Positions 9,263 to 17,980 of a stretch of 55,496 nt of DNA are shown here, in pieces. The translations under genes were made by a program, and so were the position numbers. Each line of letters opens with the position of its first letter. Positions within the stretch are counted from its first letter, which is position 1. A model generated the notes under the pieces. That model was not told the DNA's origin. It searched no databases and saw only the letters and a program-made list of their open reading frames with translations. Source of the stretch: Deltaproteobacteria bacterium (GTDB taxonomy: Bacteria > Myxococcota_A > UBA9160 > UBA6930); the NCBI GenBank assembly GCA_002687015.1, contig NYZB01000189.1, positions 1 through 55,496 of the forward strand, read 5' to 3'.

Positions 9263-10534
9263 ATGAGCGCCGACTTCGACGTCGCGGTGATCGGGGGCGG
9301 CTCCGCCGGCGTCGCCGCGGCACTGGCCGCGGCGGGGGAGGGCGCCCAGACCCTCCTGCTCGAGGCCAGCGACCGGCTCGGCGGCAATGCCAGCCTGGCT
9401 CTCGTCCACACGATCTGCGGGCTCTTCGAGCCCGCCGAAGGCGAGGAGCCCGCGCGCTTCGTCCACCCCGGCCTGCCGCGCCGCCTGGCCCTGGCGCTCC
9501 AGGCAGCGGGGGTGGCCGGCGAGGCCGAGCGGGCCGGCCGCGTGCACTACCTGCCGATCGATCCCACGGGCTACGGCGGCTTCCTGGCCGAACGCTGCGC
9601 GGCCCGGGCCGGGCTGCAGTGCCACCTGGGCGTGGCTCTCGAGTCCCTTACCGCGCACGACTCCCATGTGGCCCTGCGCTGGGCGGGAGGCGAGGCCCGC
9701 GCCCGGCTGGTCGTCGACGCCACCGGGGATGGGAACGCCGCCCAGCGGCTCGGCGCCGAACGCGTGATCGAGAGCGGCGACGACCTCCAGTTCCCATCCT
9801 ACATCGTTCACCTCTCGGGAGTGGACGAGGGGGTCTTCGAGGGCTTCGCCCGGCTCGGTGTGAGCACCGCCATGGCCAGGGCGGTGCGCGAGGGCGTGCT
9901 GCCGGAGGGCTGCGACTCGGTGGTCGTTCGCGCCGGGCTCGGCCCCGGCGAGGCGTTCTTGACCCTGGGCCTTCCGAAGCTGCCGGGATCGGACTACGAG
10001 CCCCTCGACCCGGCGTACGCCGCCGAGCTGCAGGCCCGGGCGCGTGCGGCGGCGGAGGCGGTCGTCGCCCACCTGCGCGCGACCCGCGAGCCCTTCGCCC
10101 GCTGCCGGGTGGCCACCTGGCCCGAGCGCGTCGGGCTGCGGGAGACCGCACGGGTTCGGGCGCGCATCGAGCTCGACCGGGACGACATCCTGGCGGGACG
10201 CCGGCGACCGGACGAGGTCGTGCTCTCAGCCTGGCCCATCGAGCTGTGGCGGGACTACCGTCGCGCCCACTTCGAGCTGCCCGAGGGCCCCTGCGGAGTC
10301 CCCCTCGGCTCCCTGCAGTCCGCCAGCCACCCGCGGCTGGCCGTGGCCGGCCGATGCATGGGGGGCAGCCACGAGGCGCTCGGTGCCCTGCGCGTGATCG
10401 GCACGGCCCTCGCGACGGGCGAGGCCGCAGGGATCGCCTGTGCGTTGGCGGCCGACACGGGTTGCGACCTGCTCGCGGTCGAGCCGGCGGCGGTCCGGCA
10501 GCGTATCGTCCTGGCTGGAGAGGGAGGCCCATGA
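9263..10534 (+). CDS. FAD-dependent oxidoreductase (FAD_oxidored/PF12831-like)
   Basis: DVAVIGGGSAG, VVDATGDG, VGLRETARV, VAGRC..HEALGALRVIGTALATGEAAG. Confidence 0.85.
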   Translation: MSADFDVAVIGGGSAGVAAALAAAGEGAQTLLLEASDRLGGNASLALVHTICGLFEPAEGEEPARFVHPGLPRRLALALQAAGVAGEAERAGRVHYLPIDPTGYGGFLAERCAARAGLQCHLGVALESLTAHDSHVALRWAGGEARARLVVDATGDGNAAQRLGAERVIESGDDLQFPSYIVHLSGVDEGVFEGFARLGVSTAMARAVREGVLPEGCDSVVVRAGLGPGEAFLTLGLPKLPGSDYEPLDPAYAAELQARARAAAEAVVAHLRATREPFARCRVATWPERVGLRETARVRARIELDRDDILAGRRRPDEVVLSAWPIELWRDYRRAHFELPEGPCGVPLGSLQSASHPRLAVAGRCMGGSHEALGALRVIGTALATGEAAGIACALAADTGCDLLAVEPAAVRQRIVLAGEGGP

Positions 10535-10568
10535 GCGCCGCGCTGCGCGCAACGGGAGAGCCCGGACG

Positions 10569-12029
10569 ATGACGGAGACCGTGCTCGACGAGATCCGCCG
10601 GCGCGCCGACGAGCGGCCGGATGCCGCCGCCTGGTGCGCCGACCTGGGCGAGGGGCGGTCGAAGGCCGGGAGCTACGCGGAGCTGCTGGGCCGCGTGGAG
10701 GAGCTGGCGGCGGGGCTGCGCGATGCCGCCCTTCCCGAGTTCGACGGCGAGGGCGCCCGCCTCGGGCTGGTGGCGCCCCAGGGCGTGGACTTCGTCGAGA
10801 ACGCGCTCGCCATCCTCGCGGTGGGCGGCTGCCTCGTGCCGATCCCCGACGACACCGCCTCGACCGCCCAGGAGGCCATCGCCGAGCGGGCCCGGCTCCA
10901 CGGTCTCGTGAGGGTCGGGCGGGATGGCACCCGGGAGGTCACGGTCCTTCCGGAGCGGGGCGCGGTCGACGGCGCCGGCGACGCGGAGTTCCGGCGGCTG
11001 CGCCCCGCCTACCTGCGCTTCACCTCGGGTACGACCCATCGGCGCAAGGGCGTGATCATCGGCCACGCTCGCATCCTCGAGCGGCTCGCGGCGGCCAACC
11101 GCGGGCTCGGGATCGGTCCCGGTGATCGGGTGCTCTGGCTCCTGCCGATGGCGCACCACTTCGTCGTCTCGATCCTCCTCTATCTCCGCTACGGCGCGAC
11201 CATCCTTCTACCCAAGGGTTCCCTGGCCCGCGACGTCCTGGCCTTCGCGGCCCGGGAGGGTGCGACCGTCTTCTATGCCTCGCCCTATCACTACAACCTG
11301 ATGGCCAAGGACCAGGGTGAGACCCGGCTCGAGAGTGTGCGGCTCGCGATCTCCACGGCCGAGGGCCTGCGCGCCGAGATCGCCGATCGCTTCGCTCTCC
11401 GTTTCGGTCTTCCGCTTCGCCAGGCCCTGGGGATCATCGAGGTCGGCTTGCCCGTGATCGACCTCGAGGATCCGGAGCCCGGGGCCCTGGGACATCCGCT
11501 GCCCGACTACGACGTATGGCTGCGCGGCGAAGACGGGGCCCCCGTGAAGACCTCCGACGAGGGCCACACCGGGGAGATCTGCATTCGCGGCCCAGGCCTC
11601 TTCGACGCCTACCTCGATCCCTGGAGCCCCGCCCGGGAGCTGCTCGAGCCGGACGGCTTTCGCACCGGCGACCAGGGCTGGTTCGACGCGAAGGGCCGCT
11701 TGCACCTGGCCGGGCGTCGTAGCAACCGGATCAACATGGCCGGGATGAAGTTCTTCAGCGAGGAGGTCGAGGCGGTCCTCGACCAGGTCCCCGGGGTCCG
11801 GCGCAGCCGCGTCTCGGCAAGATCCCACCCCCACCTGGGCGAGATCCCGGTCGCCGAGCTCGAGCTCGAGGCCGGCACCCCCGAGCTGGCCAGGAAGGAG
11901 CTGGCCGCCCACTGCCGCGCCCAGCTCGAGGCCTACAAGGTCCCGCGCGAATTCCGGGTGGTGGAGGCGCTGCCTCTCACGGCCACCGGCAAGCTCGAAC
12001 GGTCGCCCGGGTTCACGGAGGAACGCTGA
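10569..12029 (+). CDS. class I adenylate-forming enzyme (acyl-CoA/acyl-ACP ligase)
   Basis: RFTSGTTHRRKG (A3), GEICIRGP, FRTGD, LPLTATGKL (A10 Lys). Confidence 0.9.
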   Translation: MTETVLDEIRRRADERPDAAAWCADLGEGRSKAGSYAELLGRVEELAAGLRDAALPEFDGEGARLGLVAPQGVDFVENALAILAVGGCLVPIPDDTASTAQEAIAERARLHGLVRVGRDGTREVTVLPERGAVDGAGDAEFRRLRPAYLRFTSGTTHRRKGVIIGHARILERLAAANRGLGIGPGDRVLWLLPMAHHFVVSILLYLRYGATILLPKGSLARDVLAFAAREGATVFYASPYHYNLMAKDQGETRLESVRLAISTAEGLRAEIADRFALRFGLPLRQALGIIEVGLPVIDLEDPEPGALGHPLPDYDVWLRGEDGAPVKTSDEGHTGEICIRGPGLFDAYLDPWSPARELLEPDGFRTGDQGWFDAKGRLHLAGRRSNRINMAGMKFFSEEVEAVLDQVPGVRRSRVSARSHPHLGEIPVAELELEAGTPELARKELAAHCRAQLEAYKVPREFRVVEALPLTATGKLERSPGFTEER

Positions 12030-12495
12030 AGCCGAGCCAGCGGGGCACGCGCGCGCAGTACGCCTCGTAGGGGGCCCCAAAGCGCCGGCGCAGCCCCGGC
12101 TCCTCGACCCGGACCACGAAGAGGTGGGCCAGGCCGAAGAACGCGACGGCGTAGGCGACGAGGGCCAGGGAGACAAAGAGCCACGCCTCGGCCAGGATGA
12201 TCAGGGTGTAGAGCAGGTACATCGGGTTGCGGCTGCGCTCGTACACGCCGCCCGCGACCAGGTTGCGGGGCGGATCGAAGGGCGCGGGTGTGCCGCGGCC
12301 CCGCCGGACGAACTGGATGATCTGGATCAGGAGGACCGCCAGGAGCCCCGCCGTCAGGGCCTTCGCAGGCCACGGGGAGACCTGCCAACCCGCGGCGAAG
12401 CCCCACCCCGCAAGTCGCAGGACGCACCAGGGGAACGCGACGAAGAACCACCCGGCGAACCAGACCATGACGCCGACGGTTCGAAGGGCGATCAA
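12013..12495 (-). CDS. isoprenylcysteine carboxylmethyltransferase (ICMT/PEMT-like) membrane methyltransferase
   Basis: GRGTPAPFDPP, GGVYERSRNPMY, EEPGLRRRFGAPYEAYCARVPRW; hydrophobic. Confidence 0.85.
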   Translation of the reverse strand: MIALRTVGVMVWFAGWFFVAFPWCVLRLAGWGFAAGWQVSPWPAKALTAGLLAVLLIQIIQFVRRGRGTPAPFDPPRNLVAGGVYERSRNPMYLLYTLIILAEAWLFVSLALVAYAVAFFGLAHLFVVRVEEPGLRRRFGAPYEAYCARVPRWLGFSVPP

Positions 12496-12589
12496 CGCAT
12501 CGGCTCCCGCGGCGGGCCCTCGATGCCGCCGATTCCAGCGCCCGGCGGGAGCCGCTCACGACCCGAAGCCCGCGCGGCACGCGAGCGGC

Positions 12590-14116
12590 TCACGATCCGA
12601 AGCCGAAGCCCCGGGTCCGCTGGAGCTCCAGGACCTGTGCGATGTCCCGGTCCTGGCGCCGGTCTTCCGAGAGCGTCGGCACGGCCTTGCGCAGGATGCG
12701 GCGCAGGCTCCGTGCCCGGCTGCCCGGCGTCTGGCCCTCCCGCTCTCGCAGGTCCACCGCCTGGCAGACCGCCAGGGTCCCGATCGCCGCCACGGTCTCG
12801 GTCAGCTCGGCGATGCGCAGGGCGTCGCGAGCCGCGATCGTCCCCATGCTCACCTTGTCCTGGTTGTGGGACTCGGTGCTGCGGCTGAAGGCCGCGGCCG
12901 GCATGGTCAGTTTCTGGGCCTCGGCGGTGAGAGCCGACGCGCTGATCTGCATGGCCTTGAAGCCGTGGTGCACCACGGCGCCCGCGCCCTGCTGGGCCAC
13001 GAGGTTCTCGGGGAGATCCCCACTGGTGACGGGGCTGCACAGCAGCGCGAGCTGGCGGTCGAGCAGGTCGGCCACGCTGGCCGTCGCCGCCTTGAGCGTG
13101 TCGAGGGCGAGGGCCACGTGGCCTCCGTAGAAGTTGCCCCCGTGCAGCACGTCGCCCGCCTCCGGGTCGACCAGGGGATTGTCGTTGACCCCGTTGATTT
13201 CGATCTCGAGGATCTGGCGCGTGAAGCTCGCCGCGTCGAGCAGGGCACCGACGACGTGGGGCGCGCAGCGGATCGAGTAGCGGTCCTGGAGCCGCGCCAC
13301 GTCGCGGGGAGCATCCCGGCTCAGGTCCTCGCGGATCCACCGGGCCGCGAGGCGACTGCCCGGATGGGGCTTCCAGGCGAAGATTCGATCGTCGAAGTGC
13401 GCGGGGTTGCCGTGCGTGACCTCGCTCGCGATGGCCGTGACCGCGCAGGCGAGCCTGGCGATCTGCATGCTGCGATCCCACGCGAGGGCGCCCAGCGCGG
13501 CCATCACGCTGGTGCCGTTCATGAGCGCCAGGCTCTCCTTGGGCCGCAACGGGAGGGGCTCGAGGCCGATCTCCCGCCAGGCCTCCGTCGCCGGCAGGAC
13601 GCGGCCCGCCAGGCTCACCTCGCGCTCCCCTACGAGGGCAGCGGCCAGGTAGGAGAGGGGGGTCAGGTCGCCGCTGGCGCCCACCGAGCCCTCGGCCGGA
13701 ATCCGGGGCAGGAGACGATGGTCGAGGGCGACGCAGAGCCGCTCGAGCAGCGCCTCGCTGCCCCCCGAGTGCCCCTGGGCGAGCGAGGCGAGGCGAACCA
13801 CCAGCACGGCGGCGGCCTCTTCGTCCTCGAGGATGCGACCCGTGCCGCAGCCGTGGAAGCGCAGCAGCTGGTGGGGCAGCTCGGCCTGGAGCTCGGCCGG
13901 GATGGAGTTTCCGACCGAGGCTCCGACTCCGGTGGTGACGCCGTAGACCGGTTCGCCCTCTCGGAGCCGCGCTTCGATGGCCTCCTGGCCCGCGCGAAGC
14001 CTCGCCCGATAGTCGGCGTCGGCCCACAGCTCGGCCCGTCGCTCGCCCCGCGCCAGCGCCAGGACGTCGGGAAGCATGAGCGGCGCCCGCCCCAGCTCGC
14101 AGCGATCGGTCGTCAC
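12590..14116 (-). CDS. MIO-dependent aromatic amino acid ammonia-lyase (HAL/PAL/TAL family)
   Basis: YGVTTGVG, GSVGASGDLTPL (ASG MIO triad), KESLALMNGT, QDRYSIRC, NDNP, HNQDKVSMG. Confidence 0.95.
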   Translation of the reverse strand: MTTDRCELGRAPLMLPDVLALARGERRAELWADADYRARLRAGQEAIEARLREGEPVYGVTTGVGASVGNSIPAELQAELPHQLLRFHGCGTGRILEDEEAAAVLVVRLASLAQGHSGGSEALLERLCVALDHRLLPRIPAEGSVGASGDLTPLSYLAAALVGEREVSLAGRVLPATEAWREIGLEPLPLRPKESLALMNGTSVMAALGALAWDRSMQIARLACAVTAIASEVTHGNPAHFDDRIFAWKPHPGSRLAARWIREDLSRDAPRDVARLQDRYSIRCAPHVVGALLDAASFTRQILEIEINGVNDNPLVDPEAGDVLHGGNFYGGHVALALDTLKAATASVADLLDRQLALLCSPVTSGDLPENLVAQQGAGAVVHHGFKAMQISASALTAEAQKLTMPAAAFSRSTESHNQDKVSMGTIAARDALRIAELTETVAAIGTLAVCQAVDLREREGQTPGSRARSLRRILRKAVPTLSEDRRQDRDIAQVLELQRTRGFGFGS

Positions 14117-14217
14117 CCGTGGAATCTAACCTCGATCCCGGATGCTGTCCGCGGCCCGGCTCACCGCCTCCGCCGGAGGCCACGATCGAGGGTGCGCAGT
14201 GGTATCGTCTCCTCCTG

Positions 14218-14988
14218 GTGGCAGATCCGACCTACAAGGCTCCCCGGCCCTGGCGGCAGCTCGTCGCCGGGCTGACCTTCCTCTACTACGGGGTGGGGCT
14301 CGCGGCGTTGGCGGTCTGGCTGCTGGTGCGCGAGAAGCTGGTCGGACACGACGTCTTCGCGGCCCAACGGCTCGTCCAGCGCGCCTATGCGAGCTTCATC
14401 GCCGTGGCGGCCTGGCTGGGGTCGATCCGGCTCACGACCCGCGGGGCCGAGGCCCTCGCGGGCCCGGGGCCCCGGCTGGTCGTCGCCAATCACCCCTCCC
14501 TGATCGACTCCGCCCTGGTCGTCCGCCATCTGCCCCAGGCCGACAGCTTCGTGAGCCCCGAGTGGGCCACCCGGCCCCTGTTCCGAACGCTGGTCGCCGC
14601 CGTCGAGGCCCTGCCGAGCGACGCGGGCGCTGCGGCGGTCGATGCCGCCGTGGCCCGGTTGCGCGCGGGCCGCAGCGTCGTGATGTTTCCGGAAGGGACC
14701 CGGTCGCCGGCAGCGGGCCTGGGTCGCTTCCACCGGGGAGCCGCCCATGTGGCGCTCGCCAGTGGCTGCGACCTGCTTCCCGTGGTGATCCGGATCGACC
14801 CCCCGACGACGAGAAAGGGCGAGCGCTGGTATGACGTCCCCGAGAAGGTCCCCGAGGTCGAGGTGAGGGTCATGCCGCCGCTCTCGCCCGGCAAGGTGCT
14901 CGATGGAAGCGAGAGCCCCATGCTCGCCGCGCGCAAGGTGAACGCGGCGCTGCGGGATATCTACGAGAAGGTGTTGGATCTTGGATAG
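14218..14988 (+). CDS. lysophospholipid (PlsC-like) acyltransferase, ApeD-like
   Basis: ANHPSLID (HxxxxD), FPEGTRS; start at GTG 14218 chosen from the upstream TATCGT box (uncertain). Confidence 0.85.
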   Translation: MADPTYKAPRPWRQLVAGLTFLYYGVGLAALAVWLLVREKLVGHDVFAAQRLVQRAYASFIAVAAWLGSIRLTTRGAEALAGPGPRLVVANHPSLIDSALVVRHLPQADSFVSPEWATRPLFRTLVAAVEALPSDAGAAAVDAAVARLRAGRSVVMFPEGTRSPAAGLGRFHRGAAHVALASGCDLLPVVIRIDPPTTRKGERWYDVPEKVPEVEVRVMPPLSPGKVLDGSESPMLAARKVNAALRDIYEKVLDLG

Positions 14989-15244
14989 CGCGACGCTGGC
15001 TCTGGAGATCAAGAAGATCATCGTCGAGTGCCTGGCCCTCGAGGACATCGCCCCCGAGGAGATCGAAACCGAGGCCCCCCTCTTCGTCGAGGGCCTGGGT
15101 CTCGATTCGATCGACGCCCTCGAGCTGGCCATGGCCCTCGAGGAGAAGTACGGCGTGACCGTGGGCGACGACCCGGACGAGAACCAGAAGATCTTCTTCT
15201 CGGTCGAGAGTCTGGCCCGCTTCGTCACGGAGCAGCGCGGCTGA
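14981..15244 (+). CDS. acyl carrier protein, ApeE-like
   Basis: PLFVEGLGLDSIDALEL. Confidence 0.93.
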   Translation: MDSATLALEIKKIIVECLALEDIAPEEIETEAPLFVEGLGLDSIDALELAMALEEKYGVTVGDDPDENQKIFFSVESLARFVTEQRG

Positions 15245-15251
15245 GCGCCCC

Positions 15252-15497
15252 GTGCTGTCCCGAGCGGAGGTCTTCGAGAAGGTGCGGGGCGTGCTCCAGA
15301 GCGAGTTCGAGTTCTCGGAGGAGGAGGTGCACCCCGACGCCCACCTGGTCGACGATCTCGATCTCGACAGCGTCGACGCGGTGGCGCTGATGGTGCGCCT
15401 GGAGGAAGAGACGGGTCTCGTCTTGTCCGAAGAGGATCTGCGTTCGCTGGTCACCGTGCAGAGCGTCGTCGACGCGGTGGCCAGTCGGCTCGCCTGA
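15252..15497 (+). CDS. acyl carrier protein, ApeF-like
   Basis: DDLDLDSVDAV; tandem ACP pair typical of APE clusters. Confidence 0.93.
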   Translation: MLSRAEVFEKVRGVLQSEFEFSEEEVHPDAHLVDDLDLDSVDAVALMVRLEEETGLVLSEEDLRSLVTVQSVVDAVASRLA

Positions 15498-15500
15498 ATC

Positions 15501-17231
15501 GTGCCGACCCTCCTCCTGGCCGCCCTGTTCCGCGAACCCCGCCCCCCTGACATGGCGGTCGCCTGGGATCGAGAGGGCGTGCGCACCTGGCGCGAGTTCA
15601 GCGAGCACGCCGCCGGGTTGGCCGGGCAGCTCGGTCGCGGCACGAGCTGGGTCGTCGACTGCGCCAGCAGCTACGCCTTCGCGGTGGCGCTCTTCGCGAC
15701 GGCGCGCGCAGGGGCGCTGGCGTGGGTTCCGCCGAACCGACAGCCCGGCACCGTCGGCGATCTGGCGGCGCGCTCGGACGGCCTGCTCTCGGACGGCTCG
15801 GAGGAGCCGGGCGCGTTGCACCCCCTCGCCCTCTCGGCAAAGGCCGCGGCATGTGACCTGCCGGAGGACCGGGCCGCACTGCATCTGTTCACGTCGGGGA
15901 CCACGGGCAGCGCCAAGGAGATCCCCAAGACCTGGCGCCAGCTCGACGAGGTGGCCGAGCTCGAACGCTGCTTCGGCTCGGGCCTGCCCGCTTCGACACG
16001 GGTCTTCTCGACGGCGCCGCACCACCACCTCTACGGTCTCCTGTTCCGCGTCCTCTGGCCCCTCGCCAGCGGCAGGCCCTTCCAGGCCGAAACGCTCCTC
16101 CACGTCGAGGAGCTGCTGCCGCGCATCGCCGAGGGGCCTCCGGCGATGCTGGCCGCGACCCCGGCGCACCTGCGACGGATCACCCAGCGCGAGGAGCTCG
16201 CGCGGTTGCGTGGCCACCTGGTTCGGGTCTTCTCGTCGGGCGGGCCGCTTCCTGCCTCGACCGCCGCGGCGGTCGAGATCGCGTTGGGCGAGCCGCCGGT
16301 GGAGGTGTTCGGCTCGACGGAGAGCGGCGGAGTGGCCCTGCGAAGCCAGCGGTCGGGCGAGCCGCCGCCCTCCTGGCGCCCGTTGGCCCCGGTGCGGGTT
16401 CGCCGCGACGCCGAGACGGGCTGTCTGCGCGTGACCTCCCCGTGGGTGAGCCTCGGCGCCGAGCAGGCGGATGGTCAGCTCGAGCTCGAGATGGGTGACC
16501 GGGTGGAGATCGCGGCGAATGGGGAGTTCCGCCTGCTCGGTCGGGCGGACCGCGTCGTCAAGATCGGGGAGAAGCGGGTCGTCCTGCTGGACATGGAGAG
16601 CCGCCTGCTCGAGCATGGCTTCGTGGACGAGGTGGCGTTGGTCGATGTCGAGCGCGGCGGGGACGCGCGGGTGGGGGCCCTCGTCGTGCTCTCGGCCGAA
16701 GGCCGGGCCGTCCACGAGCGCGAGGGGAGGCGCGAGCTCGGTCGCGCACTCGGAGATCATCTGGCGCCCCACTGGGATCGCGTGGTGCTGCCCCGGATCT
16801 GGCGCGTGGTGCCGGCCCTTCCGCGGGACGAGAGGGGCAAGCTGCCGCGGGAGGCCCTGCTGGCGGAGCTGGCCGAGAGGCCGCGCAGCCCGCTGGTCCT
16901 CGGGGAGGAGCGGGCAGGAGACGTCCTTTGCCGAGAGCTCCGGGTGCCGGAGGATCTCGCGCAGCTGGAGGGTCACTTCCCCGACCTGCCGGTGGTTCCG
17001 GGCGTAGCCCAGGTGGGCTGGGCCCTGGCGGCGGCCGAGGTGTTGCTCGGACGCCCATTGCAGGCACACGGCGTCGAAGCGTTGAAGTTCAAGGAGCCGC
17101 TCCGGCCCGGGACGTCCCTGTCGCTCGAGGTGGAGGCGAACCCGGACGATCGCGCCAAGGGGCGCTTCCGCTTCCGGTGCACCCGGGAGGGGCGCGAGCT
17201 CTCCTCGGGGCGCGTGAAGGTCGAGCCGTGA
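15501..17231 (+). CDS. AMP-binding acyl-ACP ligase fused to a C-terminal FabA/FabZ-like dehydratase (ApeH-ApeI-like)
   Basis: FTSGTTGSAK, EVFGSTESGG, GRADRVVKIGEKR, then GHFPDLPVVPGVAQV hotdog motif. Confidence 0.88.
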   Translation: MPTLLLAALFREPRPPDMAVAWDREGVRTWREFSEHAAGLAGQLGRGTSWVVDCASSYAFAVALFATARAGALAWVPPNRQPGTVGDLAARSDGLLSDGSEEPGALHPLALSAKAAACDLPEDRAALHLFTSGTTGSAKEIPKTWRQLDEVAELERCFGSGLPASTRVFSTAPHHHLYGLLFRVLWPLASGRPFQAETLLHVEELLPRIAEGPPAMLAATPAHLRRITQREELARLRGHLVRVFSSGGPLPASTAAAVEIALGEPPVEVFGSTESGGVALRSQRSGEPPPSWRPLAPVRVRRDAETGCLRVTSPWVSLGAEQADGQLELEMGDRVEIAANGEFRLLGRADRVVKIGEKRVVLLDMESRLLEHGFVDEVALVDVERGGDARVGALVVLSAEGRAVHEREGRRELGRALGDHLAPHWDRVVLPRIWRVVPALPRDERGKLPREALLAELAERPRSPLVLGEERAGDVLCRELRVPEDLAQLEGHFPDLPVVPGVAQVGWALAAAEVLLGRPLQAHGVEALKFKEPLRPGTSLSLEVEANPDDRAKGRFRFRCTREGRELSSGRVKVEP

Positions 17232-17980
17232 AGGCCGCGCTGCTGATCCCGGTCTACCAGCATGGGGAGCCGGTGGCGCGGGTGCTCGAGGATCTGGCCG
17301 GGCTCGGGATGACCTGCTTCATGATCGACGACGGCAGCGACGGCGAGAACCGCGAGCGGCTCCTGAAGCTCGCCGTCGAGCACCCCTTCGTCTCCCTCCA
17401 TCGGCTCCCCGCCAACGCGGGCAAGGGGGTGGCCCTGCGCACCGGTTTCCGGCTGGCGGCCCACCGAGGCTACACGCATGTCGTGCACCTCGATGCCGAC
17501 GGGCAGCACTGCTGCGCCGACGTTCCGCGCTTCCTGGCGGCGATGGAGGCGCACCCCGAGGCCCTGGTCCTGGGGACCCCGCTCTTCGACGATTCGGTTC
17601 CCCGTCCCCGGCTGGCTTTCCGGCAGCTCTCCCGGGGCCTGGTCTGGCTGGCCACGCTCTCCTTTGCCGTGGAGGATCCCCTGGTGGGCTTTCGGGGGGT
17701 GCCGCTCGCTCCGACCCTGGCGCTGCTGGACCGGGTGAAGACGGGAGACCACATGGAGTTCGAGCCCGAGCTCGCGGTGCGCCTGGTATGGGCCGGCACG
17801 CCCATGGTGAACCTGCCGACCCGTGTGGTGTACCCGGTCGGCGGCCATTCCAACTTCGACGTGCTCTGGGACGATCTGCGCCTGGCCTGGCTGTACCTGC
17901 GCCTCGCCTTCGGCATGTTCCTGCGCAGTCCACTCCTCCTGTGGCGAAGGCCCGTCGCGATCCCGGCCGAGGGCCCGTGA
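17228..17980 (+). CDS. glycosyltransferase family 2 (ApeJ N-terminal half-like)
   Basis: LIPVY, IDDGS, NAGKG, HLDADGQH; GTGA coupling to the upstream gene. Confidence 0.88.
   Translation: MKAALLIPVYQHGEPVARVLEDLAGLGMTCFMIDDGSDGENRERLLKLAVEHPFVSLHRLPANAGKGVALRTGFRLAAHRGYTHVVHLDADGQHCCADVPRFLAAMEAHPEALVLGTPLFDDSVPRPRLAFRQLSRGLVWLATLSFAVEDPLVGFRGVPLAPTLALLDRVKTGDHMEFEPELAVRLVWAGTPMVNLPTRVVYPVGGHSNFDVLWDDLRLAWLYLRLAFGMFLRSPLLLWRRPVAIPAEGP

Noticed and set aside
12590-14116. Histidine utilisation gene hutH
   Set aside because: No hutU/I/G nearby, FH rather than SH motif, and biosynthetic cluster context
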